Assembly (NCBI GenBank): GCA_951406725.2
Contig: OX597818.1
Location: 66,712,001-66,776,000, forward strand
Direction: 5' to 3'
From: Octopus vulgaris
Taxonomy: Eukaryota
Length of the DNA stretch: 64,000 nt
Shown here: positions 40,031 through 54,567 of the stretch, in pieces
Layout: each line of letters opens with the position of its first letter
How positions within the stretch are numbered: position 1 is the stretch's first letter
Made by a program: the position numbers and the translations under genes
The notes under the pieces: generated by a model
Told to the model about the DNA's origin: nothing
The model's database searches: none
What the model saw: only the letters and a program-made list of their open reading frames with translations

Positions 40031-41439
40031 ATACATAGATATATACATACGCACATACAATCTAGTACACCCACAAATGTGCATATAGAGGAAGAGATGA
40101 ACAAAACGGAAACATATAAATCAAAATGAATATTTACATACCTCAGGCTGTATTTCTACCTCTAATACATTTCCATGTAGTTATTACCGATGCTCTGTAA
40201 TAAATATTAATTAACGTCTTCCCTGTTGTTCTTATTTTCAGCATTCCATTGTCTTCGTTTGTAAAATCCATTTCTACTATTTTCAATTTCATATTTTCTT
40301 CATTTTCTATATAAGCGATATTTGTTTATCTCATTTTATTTAATAATCCTGGCACAACTTAAAATGATTTTCTAAAGATTTCCATAGATGAATACAAATC
40401 AGACGCAAACAATTTTATATCTCAAAAATTCTCTCAAAGAAAGATCTGCAATATTCTTCTCATTTTATCACATCAAGAATAAAATTGGTTTTCATCTCTA
40501 GAAATACTACTTCCATAAGTGTAAAATTTCTTTTAAACTAGTAATTGAAAATTTGGGAAACCATAAAAACATATTTGAATATAATCATAATATTGAAAAC
40601 CTTTCAGAATAAAAGTTTTTCTCGACACACATAATTTTTTTTAATGTCACCAAAAATGCTTCTTGAATGGATTAATAACAACGTTATACATAATTTTCCT
40701 AAATAAGAACAATTAAAAACCGCTTGCTGTAATTGTCACCTCGGTAATAATTTTCATTTGACGACCAGTTAATGTAAATATGAATATTATGATAGCTGTT
40801 ATGATGACAAATATTTATTTTCAATGAAATAAATGAGATTGTTCGGCAAGATGCTAGAAGTATCTTAACCAAATCGGTTGAAGCTCTATAAATATCAATT
40901 TCCTGTCTCGGAAACAATTGAACAAGTTAATGTAATCACTTCCATTATAATACTCTATAGCATATTTATCACTTCTTTTTATGTTTATAAATATTTAAAC
41001 CTTGGGCAGCGCGATTTCTCTCACAACATACCCAACGTATGTATTATTCCTGTCTGTGTTGCAATTCTTTTTTTTTTTTATTTCTTTGCATTTTATTTCG
41101 GTTTTAAAAGCAATTTGATGTTTTCTGAACATTTATGACAGTCGTTAAGGTCATAGTGACGGAAGTTTGATGGCTGGAACATCCCCATAATCATTCCTCT
41201 GGGTCAACATCGATGTCATCATAGCCGTCGTTATCGTCGTCGTCATCCTCATCATCGTCATCGTCATCATCATCATCGTCTCCATAAAAAAAGCAATAAG
41301 AGGGATAAGGATGTTGTTGTTGATGATGATGATGATGAGGAGGAGGAGGAGGAGGGGGAGGTAGAAGTGAATGATGATGATGATAAAAATAATAATAGTA
41401 ATAATGTTTTCAAATTTTTCCACATGGGCTGTAGTTCTA

Positions 41440-41805
41440 TGGGAGGGTGTGAGTCTATCATACCGACCCCTCTGATCAACTAGTACCTATTTTCTCGACC
41501 CCATGAAAGGATGAAGGGAGAAAGTCGACCGCGGCAGAATTTGGATTTGAAATATAGCGGCAAACGAAATGCCTATTTCTTTACTACCCACAAGGGGCTA
41601 AACACAGAAAGGACAAACAAGGACAGACACACGGATTAAGTCGATTATATCGACCCCAGTGCATAACTGGTACTTATTTAATCGACCCCAAAAGGATAAA
41701 AGAATAAGTCGACCTGGGCGGGATTTGAACTCAGAACGTAGATGCTGACGAAATACCGATAAGCACTTCGCCCGGCGTGCGAACGATTCTGCCAGATCGC
41801 CGTCA
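41440..41805 (-). mobile_element. SINE group B, two units
   Basis: Same unit structure as 35230-35757. Confidence 0.85.
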
Positions 41806-41817
41806 TTACAACAACAA

Positions 41818-41980
<163 letters not shown>

Positions 41981-41981
41981 T

Positions 41982-43082
41982 CAGTAGTTTTATTTTATAG
42001 CATGCTTTCACTTCACTACCGAGCGCAGCTCTGTGTGCCTTGGGTATGTACTGTGATTTGTTGTGATGCTCTGATGGTTATTGTATGGATACTTCTCTGA
42101 GTAGGACGTGTGCAGTGCCTCTTAGTGCAATTTTTTGGATGTTATATGTGTTTGTAAGTCCTGGTGTTTTTGTTATATATTTGTCTGAATATTTTTTATC
42201 GTATCTACTATAATAGGAATTGTTTCTGCTTTTAGATTCCACATTCTGGTTACCTCTATTTCCAGGTCTTTGTATTTTGAAAGTTTCTCCATTTCTTTTA
42301 AAGACACGTTGTCATCTGCTGGTATTGATACATCAATTAGAATGCAATTTTTTCTTCATGATGTCTGGTCTATTGTCCTTAATTTGGGTGTATCGGCATA
42401 TCTCAGCGTACGGTTGCTTTCTCGTTTTCTGGTGTGTGCCTATACCATCTTTTCTCTGTTGTTATTCCATAATGTTGGCATAGCTTCCAGTGTATGTAGG
42501 TTCCAACTCTGTCGTGTCTGTGAATATATTTCTTCTTAGCCAGGACTGGGCAGCTAGAGATAATATGATTTACTGTTTCTTGTCCATCTACACATATTCT
42601 GCAGTTACTTGTAATATTTCTTTTCATTACATGTTTTTGGTAATTTCTGGTGGGGAGGCTTTGGTTTTGTGCTGCAAATAAAAATCCCTCTGTCTCTGGT
42701 TTGAGTCCTGAGCTTCTCAAACATTGCTGGGATTTTTCTTTGTCTATTTCTTTTGCATATAGTTTAGTCCAGTATTTGCCATGAAGGGGTTTTTCTTGCC
42801 ATCGATTTATCATGGTTCGTTGCTGTTCTAGTTTTTGTTTGGATTTCCTTTGTTTTATAGCTTTTGTTGTTTCTTTATCTTCTTCTTTTTCATATTTATT
42901 AGGTGGTATGATTTCTTGTTTGTATTTGTCAGCTTCCTTAAATACTGAGAACATTTTTTTGTTTTGCTCGTGTTTTGCCGCTATTTGTATCAGTTTTCTT
43001 TCTTTCTGAAGTAAATATTTTTGCAGTCCTATGGTGGTTATTTTATAGTGGTTTTCCAGCTGTATAATGCTTCTACCACCTT
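41982..43082 (-). mobile_element. 5'-truncated R4/Dong-like non-LTR retrotransposon (zinc-knuckle and RLE endonuclease region)
   Basis: EGGRSIIQLE..WQEKPLHGKY..AAQNQSLPTRNY..CRICVDGQETVNHIISSC..RHDRVG..RPDI..DVSIP..EKLSKYKDL; 3' end abuts (TAA)n. Confidence 0.88.
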
Positions 43083-43410
43083 CTATACTCTCTCCCCTGA
43101 AGGAAGTGAGTATGGCTGTTTTAGTGAGGAATTTCTTCCAAAATGCATCAGTTCAAATTTTCCCTCGTTCAGTTGCATTTTGTTTCTGTCTGCCCATTGA
43201 CTCACAGCAAATAGATCAGACTGGAGTTGAGTTCGATCTGCTTCTTCATTGACGATTTGCTGGAGCTTAGTGTCATCGGCAAATATTTTCACTTTGCAGT
43301 AATGTACAACACTGGAACGGTCGTTTATGTAGATTATGAAGTGTAGCGGACGCAAGAAAGTCCCCTGGGGGACACCGCTGGTGACTTTTGCTGGGCTTGA
43401 GTGGAATCCA
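43083..43410 (-). mobile_element. CR1/L2-group LINE family 2 RT core fragment
   Basis: SGVPQGT..FIIYIND..KIFADDTKL..LQSDL..W..NKMQLN; last ~43 nt overlap the sequence at 39988-40030. Confidence 0.85.
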
Positions 43411-43750
43411 CCATATTTCTTTCTATCAGTAATTAAAAATAGAACAAGGTGAATTGGTTCTGTTCAGGATCAAGATCAGCGCTAGTAAACAGATCAGACC
43501 TATGTTGCCGCCAGGCGTGTGAGGTGTTTTTCTCACCTCATTGCTTGCACAGTAATGCCCATCGCTAATCTCATCAACATCTGTAGATTACTGTTTATTC
43601 GCCAAGCTGCTTCTCTTCCTCCTTCTATTCCCTTCAACCCTCACATATCTATGATTATCTCGAGTACAAAGGTTGATACTAAACAACATTCAATAATACT
43701 TTCTAATAGTAAATATTGGCAACAACAACAACAACAACAATAACATAAAC

Positions 43751-43792
<42 letters not shown>

Positions 43793-43793
<1 letters not shown>

Positions 43794-44092
43794 CGATATA
43801 CTCGTCAGAGATTATGGAGAAAAAATGCTTCCCAATTGATGTATCAATACCAACAGATGACAAACTTTCTCTAAAAGAAATGGAGAAACTTTCAAAATGC
43901 AAAGACCTGGAAATAGAGGTAAGTTGAATGTGGAATCTAAAAACAGAAGAAAACTCCTATCATAGTGAGCGCATTAGGTATGATAAAAAATATTCAGACA
44001 ATTACATATCAAAAACATATATATGACAAACATATTAACAAACATATATATGACATACAGGAAATAGCACTACTAGGCGCTGCATACATCCT
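43793..44092 (+). mobile_element. R4/Dong-like RLE fragment between (TAA)n tracts
   Basis: IDVSIPTDDKLSLKEMEKLSKCKDLEIE..IALLGAAYIL, homologous to 42100-42350. Confidence 0.8.
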
Positions 44093-44222
44093 AATAATAA
44101 TAATAAAAATAATAGTAACAATGATAATAATGATAATAATAATAATAAAAATAATAGTAACAATGATAATAATGATAATAATAATAATAAAAATAATAGT
44201 AACAATGATAATAATGATAATA
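44092..44222. repeat. 42-bp minisatellite x3 derived from TAA repeats
   Basis: (ataataataaaaataatagtaacaatgataataatgataata) repeated three times. Confidence 0.85.
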
Positions 44223-44439
44223 ATTTATTCTTTCATTCGCCACAAGGGCTCAAATAAAGTATCATTAAAAGACATGCAACTACATTAAAGACAAAACAGT
44301 TCTGTACAATTGGATTTCGCTTCCACACAATGTAATAAGAAAAAAAAGAGGGACGGCGGGGCAATCCTCACAATGCATTCAGCCGTATCTGTCCTACACG
44401 TGACAGCAGGTGTTCGACATAAACCAACAGGTCAGCAAT

Positions 44440-44750
44440 ACTCGAGAATTGAGATAATCCACTTTGGAAAAAGGGATTCCTTGAAACTTCCATGCTTCCT
44501 TCCGTCAGGTTAAATTCTCATAGCATCCAACAACAATACGGCACAAAATTAAAGGTGAAATATATTCCACAAGGTTCAAGATGTCTTTTTCAAGAAATAC
44601 CGTATAAACCTCCTAAACCCTGATTTGTCTCCGTTAACAATAGCTAGAGTGGTTCACGTCCGATTCCAGATTTGAATTGCTTCACCAGGTGGTGCTATTA
44701 AGTAAGACATGACCTGGGCCGATTGAGACCGAAACATATCAAAGATCAAA
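44440..44750 (+). mobile_element. decayed, internally deleted CR1/L2-group LINE (family 2-like)
   Basis: IIHFGKRDSLKLPCFLPSG plus 3' UTR aggtggtgctattaagtaagacatgacc..ccgaaacatatcaaagatcaaag. Confidence 0.7.
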
Positions 44751-45136
44751 GTAGGAGTGTCTGTGTGGTAAGTAGCTTGTTTACCAACCACATGGTTCCG
44801 GGTTCAGTCCCACGGCGGGGCACCTTGGGCAAGTGTCTTCTACTATAGCCTCGGGCCGACCAAAGCCTTGTGAGTGGATTTGGTAGACGGAAACTGAAAG
44901 AAGCCTGACGTATATATGTATATATATATATGCGTGTGTGTGTGTGTGTTTGTCCCCCTAGCATTGCTTGACAACCGATGCTGGTGCGTTTATCTCCCCG
45001 TTACTTAGCGGTTCGGCAAAAGAGACCGATAGAAGAAGTACTGGGATTACAAAATAATAAGTCCAGTTGTCGAGTTGCTCGATTAAAGGCGGTGCTCCAG
45101 CATGGCCGCATTCAAATGACTGAAACATGTAAAAGA

Positions 45137-45138
<2 letters not shown>
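44751..45138 (+). mobile_element. SINE group A
   Basis: Full match; starts directly at the LINE tail. Confidence 0.9.
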
Positions 45139-45190
<52 letters not shown>

Positions 45191-47332
45191 GTATACAACA
45201 CTAAGCTTTCAAATACGACAGTAGGTTAAACTACGTCAACTTACATTGTGTATTGTATATTCCGAAAATAAATTCATGGGACATTTATACAAGGCGGGTG
45301 GAAAGACAAACGGGAGATAGGTATTTAATGATGTATTATTACAGCAATGACTTTCTTCTGGGAATTCTCATCAAAGTGTTGCTAGAGTTACTACTGATTG
45401 TGAAATTAAATTGCTATGCATGTTATTAATAAAAACAGGTAAAGATAATTGTAGAGGCAGAAGTGAAGTTACTGAACTGTATATGTAATTGATATCCACT
45501 AGAAATCGTTCAGCCTGTAGAAAACTAACATAAAATATGTCACTCTGGTCTTCTCTGACCGTTCAATACTCATTGGCACCAAATAGATATCTCCATGTAT
45601 CTGCAATTCTTGGAGTGAATATTAAAGCAACGACAAAATCTTTTCTTTTTCACAAACAAACGCTCTGCCCGAATGGCAATGCTCCAGTTTTAATTAACAA
45701 TCATTGAATCATAAAATCGAAACTTGATAGAATAAACCGAATCAATTAGAGAATAGCTATCATTATTCAAGCAATCATACTTATATCAATGGACGCTGCA
45801 CACTTGGATATCATTCAGCTGCATGTCATACAAAAGCAACAAGTTCCGATTCGTAATTGCTCGACCTAAAAGTTTTCAATTCATTGCAATAACTAAATAC
45901 ATATTTCTCTTCATACTAATTGCAATTTTAAGTTAATTTCTTTGCATATTCAGAGAAATTACATAATGCAAAATGTGATATCAGTTTCGCCACTGCAATA
46001 TATACTTTCATTGATAACATTTATTTTGCTTCTGCAGTTCTCATGTAAGTAGTTTACTTTTAGCACTGAATAACAGAAAAATGGCGATCACTCATATTAG
46101 TTCATGAGCATTAAAAGCATAATACTGTTAGTTATATGCGTATCATGTCTAATGATATGAACTGCTTCGCATTGAAATATCATATAATCTTTTCTGACTT
46201 CCTGTGTGTTATGTTACAGGTATATGCATACATGCACAAATACGTACACACACACATAGACACAAACTTACACACACACACACACACATATGTATGTATA
46301 GACGCACACAGGCACACACACATATTTTTTTAATCTTCGGGAATAATACGTATTCCAGGTTATCAAGACATTTACTAGTTTACACTTTACTAATGCAATG
46401 TAAACAGTATCATTTATAATATGATGTAATCTCTTGAGGAATGATGAGGAGGATAGTTAAATATAGTTATAGTAGAATTTTATAGCAGTATTAGATACGG
46501 AAATACCAGGAGCCAAGAATTCATTAAAGAATATTACCTTAAAAGGAATATACAGGCTACATTTAATCTAACATAAATCCCTACGCTATAAATCAAATCC
46601 AGTTACAACTAGATTTAAGAGAATAACATATCTTTAGTTATTACTTCCCTTTGATTTAATTTTCTCTCATTAGTCTTAGAGAATTTTTCAGAGTGTTTAA
46701 TTTTATGTATGCTATTCTCATAATACTTAGCGCACGACAGAGAGAGCAGTCATTTACACAGGAGCGTGAATTAGCAAACGTTATATCGATAACTATTTTT
46801 CCTTTGTTGAGTTTTTTACTATTTTTTTTATGAATAAATATATAACATATATTGTGTTTTTTACTCAATACTCTTTTTAAATACTATTAACTTATGTTTG
46901 ACAAAAAATATGGTAATTTATTCTTGTATACGGAGGGGTAATTATTAATTCCAGTAAAGTTTATATAGATTGTAGAATTGTATGTGTTTATAAAATTGTC
47001 GTTGATGGTTTCCTTAGCTTTAGAATTTTCTATATATATCGGTGTTGTAGTTTTAGGTGGTTACTTTTATAAACTTTTTAAATTTTTAAATATATTTGTA
47101 GTTTTGTATTTCTATTATATTTTATTCATATTCTTATTTTTCTATTTAATATGACTTATGCCTCTTTAAATTTGATCCGTTAATAATAATAACAATAAGA
47201 GAAATAGCCAGAAACACGTGTAGCGTTGATTAAAAATATCTTCTTCTCCCACAAATTAATAACAGGTAAGTTATATATATTCAAAATTTTTTGAATGATT
47301 TTATAGTATTTTATAGTAGGTTTTTTTAAATG

Positions 47333-47381
<49 letters not shown>

Positions 47382-47519
47382 AAAGAATGTTTGAAAAGCT
47401 TTACGTTTTACTTTTGATAATCATTTTAAAAACAACTTTAAAAGAACTCTGCATTTTGAAACCCTCTTTCCTATATTTTTCCACTCGTGCGGTACCCTGC
47501 ATGTTTATCTTTTATTGTT

Positions 47520-47933
47520 GTGACCCCCTTCGGTCATGAATGACCATGGGATTACACCTAGAAAGTTACCCTCCGAGGCAGAAATCTGGGCAAGTTTGTT
47601 TATAGAAGAACAGCTGCCGCCCATGCATACCAGCCACCCCTCTCCTTGCCACTGATGTTATCCAAGGGAAAGGGAAAGGCCGAGACAGCTTGGCACCAGT
47701 GATGTCGCAGCAAATTTACTTTAACGTTGTTCTCAGGGAGATTCAGCGTGACAAGGCTGGCCCTTTGAAATACAGGTACAACAGAAACAGGAAGAAAGAG
47801 TGAGAGAAAATTGTGGTGAGAGAGTAGAGCAGGGTTCACCACCACCCCTGCGGGAGTCTCGTGGAGGTTTGGGTGTTTTCGCTCAATAAACATTCATAAA
47901 GCCCGGACTGGGAATCGAAACCGCGATCTCACG
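47520..47933 (-). mobile_element. composite SINE: group C head plus a further repeat segment
   Basis: 47721-47933 matches the reverse complement of the group C head/body; 47520-47720 is a GC-richer repeat-like segment (ccccttcggtcatgaatgaccatggg..). Confidence 0.7.
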
Positions 47934-48148
47934 AAAGTTCTAAGTATTTTATTTATAAAATGTTTGTCTTGTCTTTTTCCATATTTTTTTATTCTATTTT
48001 AGAAGTAATACTATTGTTTAATAATTAAACAACCACTGGGTCATTGTTCTATATATAATACATATATATATTTCTTTACTGCCCACACGAAGCTAAACAC
48101 AGAGGGGACAAACAAGGACAGACAAACGGATTAAGTCGATTACATCGG

Positions 48149-48660
48149 GATACTTTCCTTTTGCATGGCATATGTCAACACAATTTCTAGTTAACTAAAC
48201 ACTTTTAAACTTCGTATACTGGTAGAATGTGTTTATAAAACATCATTTTTTCTTGGCTTTATTGAGAACATTCTATAGTTTGTAAGATATTTCGTCTGAA
48301 ATTTGCAGCATTTCGGCAATTTTAACCAATCGCTGACCTCCATTTGGGGTGAAAACATTCCGAGCTGTATGAATATGTCCCTTGTTTAAGAAACAGTTTG
48401 GATTTATTTACATTTGCGAAGAAAAAAAACATACTCTTCCCCCACCCCTAACACTAACCCTAAACCTAACTCTAACACTAAATCTAAAATAGATTGAAAT
48501 GCAATAGATCGATACTAGGGTTATAATTATGGGTGACAATTTCATATGACACCGCTACGGAAAATGGGATTTTTTTCTAGCGGTGTCAAGTGAAAATGTC
48601 ACCCATAATTATAACCCTAGTATCGATCTATTGGATTTCAATCTATTTTAGATTTAGGGT

Positions 48661-48662
<2 letters not shown>
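48149..48662. mobile_element. non-autonomous DNA-element-like repeat with telomere-like (CCCTAA) tract and 190-bp fold-back
   Basis: Degenerate ccctaa repeats at 48447-48480; 85-bp inverted arms 48473-48557 / 48578-48662; begins where a group B SINE fragment breaks off. Confidence 0.6.
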
Positions 48663-48692
<30 letters not shown>

Positions 48693-49439
48693 TACATATG
48701 TACACATATGTACACATATATATTTATGGCACGCCCGAAGGGTTTTCTCACTTGGCAATTACCTACTTTTCGTGGAACATGGGCTACATATTCGGGCAAT
48801 GATCAAACTGTAGGCAGTTACCAAGCCCCTTAAATTGTGAGATACCTTTCAATTATTGGAGCAAATGATGATTTGTCTTCGTAAATTTTAAAAGCTTTCC
48901 TTGGTGAAGAGCGTAATAATCCTCTCTCAACTGTAATCGAAAAATGTAATGAATACAGAAGGTCACGAGTTCAACGTTCATATGACTCCACGTGGTATCC
49001 ACCCTAAGAGGAAGGAGTAATTGATATTTGGAGCACCAGCGATTTATCGCTCCAGAAAGTATAGAATGTAAATTTCACACTGCATAGATTGGTAACTTTA
49101 TCCCAAAGTTATAGAACAAATGCACAAACCATTTTCCTTGACGTTCCGATATTTTAGATTACCACACTTGTATCTGATAATATCGTTTTCAAAAAATGTC
49201 ACAAGACCAGTAATTTCACAGAAGGGGAGAGCGATCCATGTTTTCAACTAGTACTTATTTTATACCCCAGAAATAGGGATCGGCAAAGTCTACGTCGATG
49301 AAGCACAAAATGCCGCTAGGTTTCTTGCCCGTTGTGCAGACGATTCTGCAGGCGCGCTCATATTGCTGCTAATATAAATTGTATGATTCTATCATCTGCA
49401 GCAATGCTCCTTTCTGTTATCAGCAACAGCTTGGAATTT

Positions 49440-49795
49440 GAGTGGGGGCCATAGTCGATTACATCGACCCCAACACATGACTGGTACTTATCGGTCCCGA
49501 AAGGGTGAAAGGCATAGTGGACCACGGTGGAATTTGAACTCAGAACTTAGCAGTAGAAGAAATACCTATTTCTTTACTACCCACAAGGGGCTAAACAGAG
49601 AGAAGACAAACAAGGACAGACAATCGGATTAAGTCGATTATATCGACCCCAGTGCGTAACTGGCACTTATTTAATCGACCCCGAAAGGATGAAAGGCAAA
49701 GTCGACCTCGGCAGAATTTGAACTCAGAACGTAGCGGCAGACGAAATACCGCTAAGCCTTTTGTCCGGCCTGCTAATGTTTCTGCCAGCTCGCAG
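49440..49795 (-). mobile_element. SINE group B, two units
   Basis: Same unit structure as 35230-35757. Confidence 0.85.
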
Positions 49796-52700
49796 CTATT
49801 ATCAAGTGCAATAAGTAAAGTCTTGATGATGAAGATGAGAAAGAGAAAGCGTAACTGATAATAATGAGAAGATAATTAATAAGCCTCAAGTTAATGATGG
49901 ATATACATTTTCTTTTTAATTATTGCACAAGCATTTCATGTAATCTTGCATATGTTGTTGCGTTTTCCAGTGTCTTCTAACCTCCATTAACTGTTGTCCT
50001 GCTTGATGTGAGGAAATAAAAGAGGAAAATATTGATTGTTTTATGGACTTATGAGCGGTAATTCCTATATTTTGCAGTTTAATTACAACTATTGTCGAAA
50101 GGATTGCGTCGAAGACATTCCATTAGACATTAAACGTCTTTTACAATTAGCACGCTACAAGGATCATAAATTCTTACTCTGGGCCTATTAGGTATTCATA
50201 AAGGTGGAAGAGTTAAGTTCACTATTAACGAATTAAAGGATATTTGTTATGAATGTAGCCGAAATTATGTGTTCCTATTATGCTAATGTAAAGGTTCGGG
50301 TCAGGTTAGCTATTGTATTAGAAATGGTGATTAGAAATATATTTTGATATCCAATAATCAAGGACTTATCGGATAAATGATAATCCGAATTGAAGACAAT
50401 GCATTTCCTTATTAATCATAGTGAAAATTTATGTTTCATACATCACGAATATGAATTGTTTGGAGTCGTAGGAGAGAAAGTGTATTTAACTAAGAAACTC
50501 ACAAAATATGCTTAATAAATATCGCATTACCACTAACAGAAAGTATAAAGATTTTATACGGCTGTACGAGAGAACAACTAAATAATTTTGTGGAAATCAC
50601 AAAATATAAATATAAATACACCTCTGTTCCAATTTTTCTGACCAAATATTTAGGTGTTCTTATGTATCACTCGTTTAATCATGATTCCGCCCATTCTTTT
50701 TGGAGCGAATTGTATATGTTCTAATCCTCTCGTCTTAACGGTCATCCTTAGGGGTCTTCTTCCATCGTTTTCATACTGCAATGTTCCACAATTGTCTGGT
50801 TTCCCGATAGGATAATATTCGGAATGCACAGTGAAAAGAAAAATCTCGTATATAATAACGTGGTAGATCTCTAAACAACTTTTTTTTCCTATTTCTTTGA
50901 AGAAGACTTGATGATATAAACGAACTACGGACATGATTAAGCTACATATAATGTTATATAAGGCATAAAAATCTTCGCTGCGTTTCCGATGTTCTCCACT
51001 CATAAGAATTGTACATTCTTCTACACTTCCTTATCAAACACTATCTCATTCGAAAATCCTGCACATATCTATAAAGTGAAACTTTTAATTCAAATTAAAC
51101 AATGTTTTTATCTCTGTAGTCATCAATAGTATTATAGAGACATATCTGATAATATAAGCTTATATTTCTAACTCTCGTGGAATCTGATTTCAACATTGCA
51201 TTCTTCAAGTAATATATTTTCGATTCTGTGCGAAAATACAACAAGGATAAATTCAACTCGCCAGCCTGTGGACAATTAAAAATTTAGAAGTTTCATGGGA
51301 AGCAACACATCAATTTCTTTTTCTGGTCACATGCGCTAAAGAGTAGACCTCATATTGAATTTTTAAATTATGTTGCAATCCAAGATCCACTTAGATCTAA
51401 CAATCACCGTCTTATTTTAAATGGCCTTATTTCAATACCGAAAACATACTACATGTGTATTTTCGGTGCAAATGGGTTATCGTCTGTTATTCATGCGAGA
51501 AGCATTCTTAAATGTTCGATATGGATATGACAATATTTTAATATATCTATTAAGAGTGACTCACAACATGTTCAAAATTTGTGTACCATCACGCACTTTT
51601 AAACAGGGAAGATTTCACAACTGTATAGCGAATTTCATTTGTTCATAACAACTCCAATGTTAAACTGGTTCTTATTTCATCAACCTCACCGAAAAGATGA
51701 AAGTCACATCTGACACAAGTGTTGTATTATATGTTGCTTTGAAAGTAAGTATTGTAAAACAGGATACGAATTGTCGTAAGGTTGTATCTCAATGGAGTAT
51801 TTGATTCCAAGTTATTTTTCTCAAATACATTTCAACAGAACTAAAGTTAAGAATGACTTCACTTCAGTTTAAACATGAAATTGTTGGAAAATGTCGCCAG
51901 TACGAGACAGATAAGATTTGAATATATATAAAATAACATTGCTAAAAGGAAAGCAAATTTGGTGAAAATGAGAATGAAATAATACTAATATATAAACAAC
52001 ACGTTTCTTAGATGCATAAAGAATATACATCCGAAGGTTTATATCACATTTCATATCTTACGAGTGCTTTATCGTTGCATGGATTTGGTACATTAGCAAG
52101 ACACGTGAAACATTGTACTCGTTGCATGCAGCCGAGGACTTCATTTCTTGGTAAATATGACGATACTTGTCAGCACGTAATTTACTACAATGTTGAAATA
52201 TTTCTTTAGTAAACTTCATCTGTTTTAGCCGACTAGAATTCACGTACAAATGTCTCTCTTTTGCAATTTAATGGGGTTTCCACCATAACAGTGAATATAG
52301 AGTAATTGTAAGAGAGGAGAGCAGTCATAGAAATCTGAGTTAATACATGAGGGAAAATAAATGCAATTATTACATCTACTTAGAGTAAAATATTTCCTTC
52401 AAACTAGTGAAACTTCTGTATCAAATCACGTCTTTACGTCTTATTATTATTACACGCAAACAGCTACGTAGGGAAGACAGTCACTTTCTGCTTGTCTAAA
52501 AAAGCCAATGCCTTTTTGTGAAACTTTTTATTTGTATGTCATTCATCAAGTAAATTACCTTTCACGGAAAATCACATTTATTTTATATGAGTCTGTGTCA
52601 ACAATTTCTCATTTCTTTTAGATTTGTTTTCCCCTGAGACAACATTCGTGTTTTATAATAAATTTTATTTTGTGTGTCTTTGCCGTAACTTTACTTTGTT

Positions 52701-53005
52701 TCATGTTTGGTGGCGTGTATTTAGTGAAGCCTAAAATGCATTTATTTTACCTGTTTAAGTGTATCCTTTTCAAAGGATGTGTTTCTCTTTGATTTGAAGG
52801 AAGTCGCTTTAAAACAACTACGGCACCCAGAGGTGCTACACCAAAGACTTTTTTCCATTCATGTGCTTATACCTTCAACTCATGAATCTGTGTCTGTCCA
52901 TTTTCGCACCTCTTTTAAATGATATCTCAATTTAACTGCAGGGACTGTTGCGCATATAAGTGCTGATGTGGCTAGGAGGTAAGACGCTTACTCCTCTTTA
53001 AGCTT

Positions 53006-53232
53006 TAAGGCGGTGAGCTGGAAGAGACGTTAGCAGGCCGGGCGAAATGCTTAGCAGTCTTTCGTCTGCCGCTACGTTCTGAGTTCAAATTCCGCCGAGG
53101 TCGACTTTGCTTTTCATCCTTTCGGGGTCGATAAATTAAGTAGCCGTTACGCACTGGGGTCGATATATTCAACTTAATCCGTATGTCTGTCCTTGTTTGT
53201 CTCTTCTGTGTGTAGCCCCTTGTGGGCAGTAA
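53006..53232 (+). mobile_element. SINE group B, single unit
   Basis: aggcggtgagctggaagagacgttagc..gagttcaaattcc (B-box-like)..gtagccccttgtggg. Confidence 0.88.
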
Positions 53233-53640
53233 ATATATAAGAAGCTTACTCCTCAACAACACGGTTCCCGGTTTAATACCAATGTACATCGACTTGCGCA
53301 AGCATTTTCTACTACAGATTCCGACCTGCCAAAGCCTCGTATGTGCATCTGGTACACAGAAGATGAAAGAAGCCCATCGTATTTATGTGTGTGTCTTGCA
53401 CTCTCGTGTGCTAGCGTGCGCGTCCGTGAGTGCGTGTGTGCGTTTTGTGTCTGTATTTGTCGCCCACCACAGCTTAGCAACCGTTGTTGGTGTGTTTACA
53501 TTCACTTAACCTGCGTGTCAGCAGTATGGACGATCAAATAAGTCTAAAAATTCTTGAATTCGGTTGTAGTTATTAGACAGAATGATAGCTGTCCTGTCTA
53601 ATGATTGAAACAAGAAAAAGTTAACAGATAAAAGATAACA
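53233..53640 (+). mobile_element. SINE group A (old, diverged)
   Basis: cacggttcccggtt..tgaaagaagcccatcg..gattgaaacaagaaaaag. Confidence 0.65.
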
Positions 53641-54567
53641 ATTTCAATTATAGCTAGAAATCATTTTGTCGAGGAGTCTCTTTTCTATTGCACAAATATT
53701 GCCATATCACTCAACAATCTATTCTCGCTGGTACAATTCTTATTTAAACTTCACTTCGAAAAGTGAACAACGCACAGATGTACATCTCACTTACTCAATC
53801 GTGAAGGAGTGTCGATCATTGTGAGGGCAGGTGACACAGTGGTAAATGTGTCATACTCACGATGACATCAACGTGTAACCGGCACTATGAGTCGTGGGAC
53901 TCGTGGACATGACGTTCAAGTGCCGTTGATGAAGACCGTGAGGGGGCGAATTATAAGGGTCATATCAATACCTGTTAATGCCTATCTAACAACGGTAAAT
54001 GTATGAATTTAATTGTGGCCATTGCAACACTGCGGCACATAAATCCATTAATAACACAAAATCCTCAGTTGATTATCTATGTCAACCTTCCTACTTAATT
54101 TATCATATGCCTCTTGCACAAAAATCTCCTCATTTAAGAAGTCAATAATATTATGTCAATAAAATTCAAGGGCAAGTCAACATTTATCAGCACTTTTGCC
54201 AAAACTTTATGGTTGGCGACCACTTCAAACTTTGAAGAAATCACGTTACACCATTTAAAAGCAGCTGCAAAAGACACTGCACGTCCCTAACAATCCCGAT
54301 GTGGATCCTTCAAGAAAAGATTGATATAACACAGTAAGGTCTGTGATACAAAACTCTTACACGTACAAAGCATTCTCAAAATCATGGAATTTATGCTTTC
54401 ATGACACACCATGCATCATATTGTGCAATGATAACTAGAAACCTGAATTTAGCATTAATCATATCCATAGATTTAATAGTGAAGTTTAGAAGAAACCTTT
54501 GATATTTGCAATTATTATTATTCATTAGCATCTGCCTTTTAAGTATATTGTTGTGCTTATATGTCGT

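Noticed and set aside
50650-51003. 117-aa ORF, or a GPCR TM1-like stretch on the opposite strand
   Set aside because: No family motif or convincing splice sites.
53920-53965. TTGATGAAGACCGTGAGGGGGCGAAT hammerhead-like string
   Set aside because: Too many core and stem mismatches.
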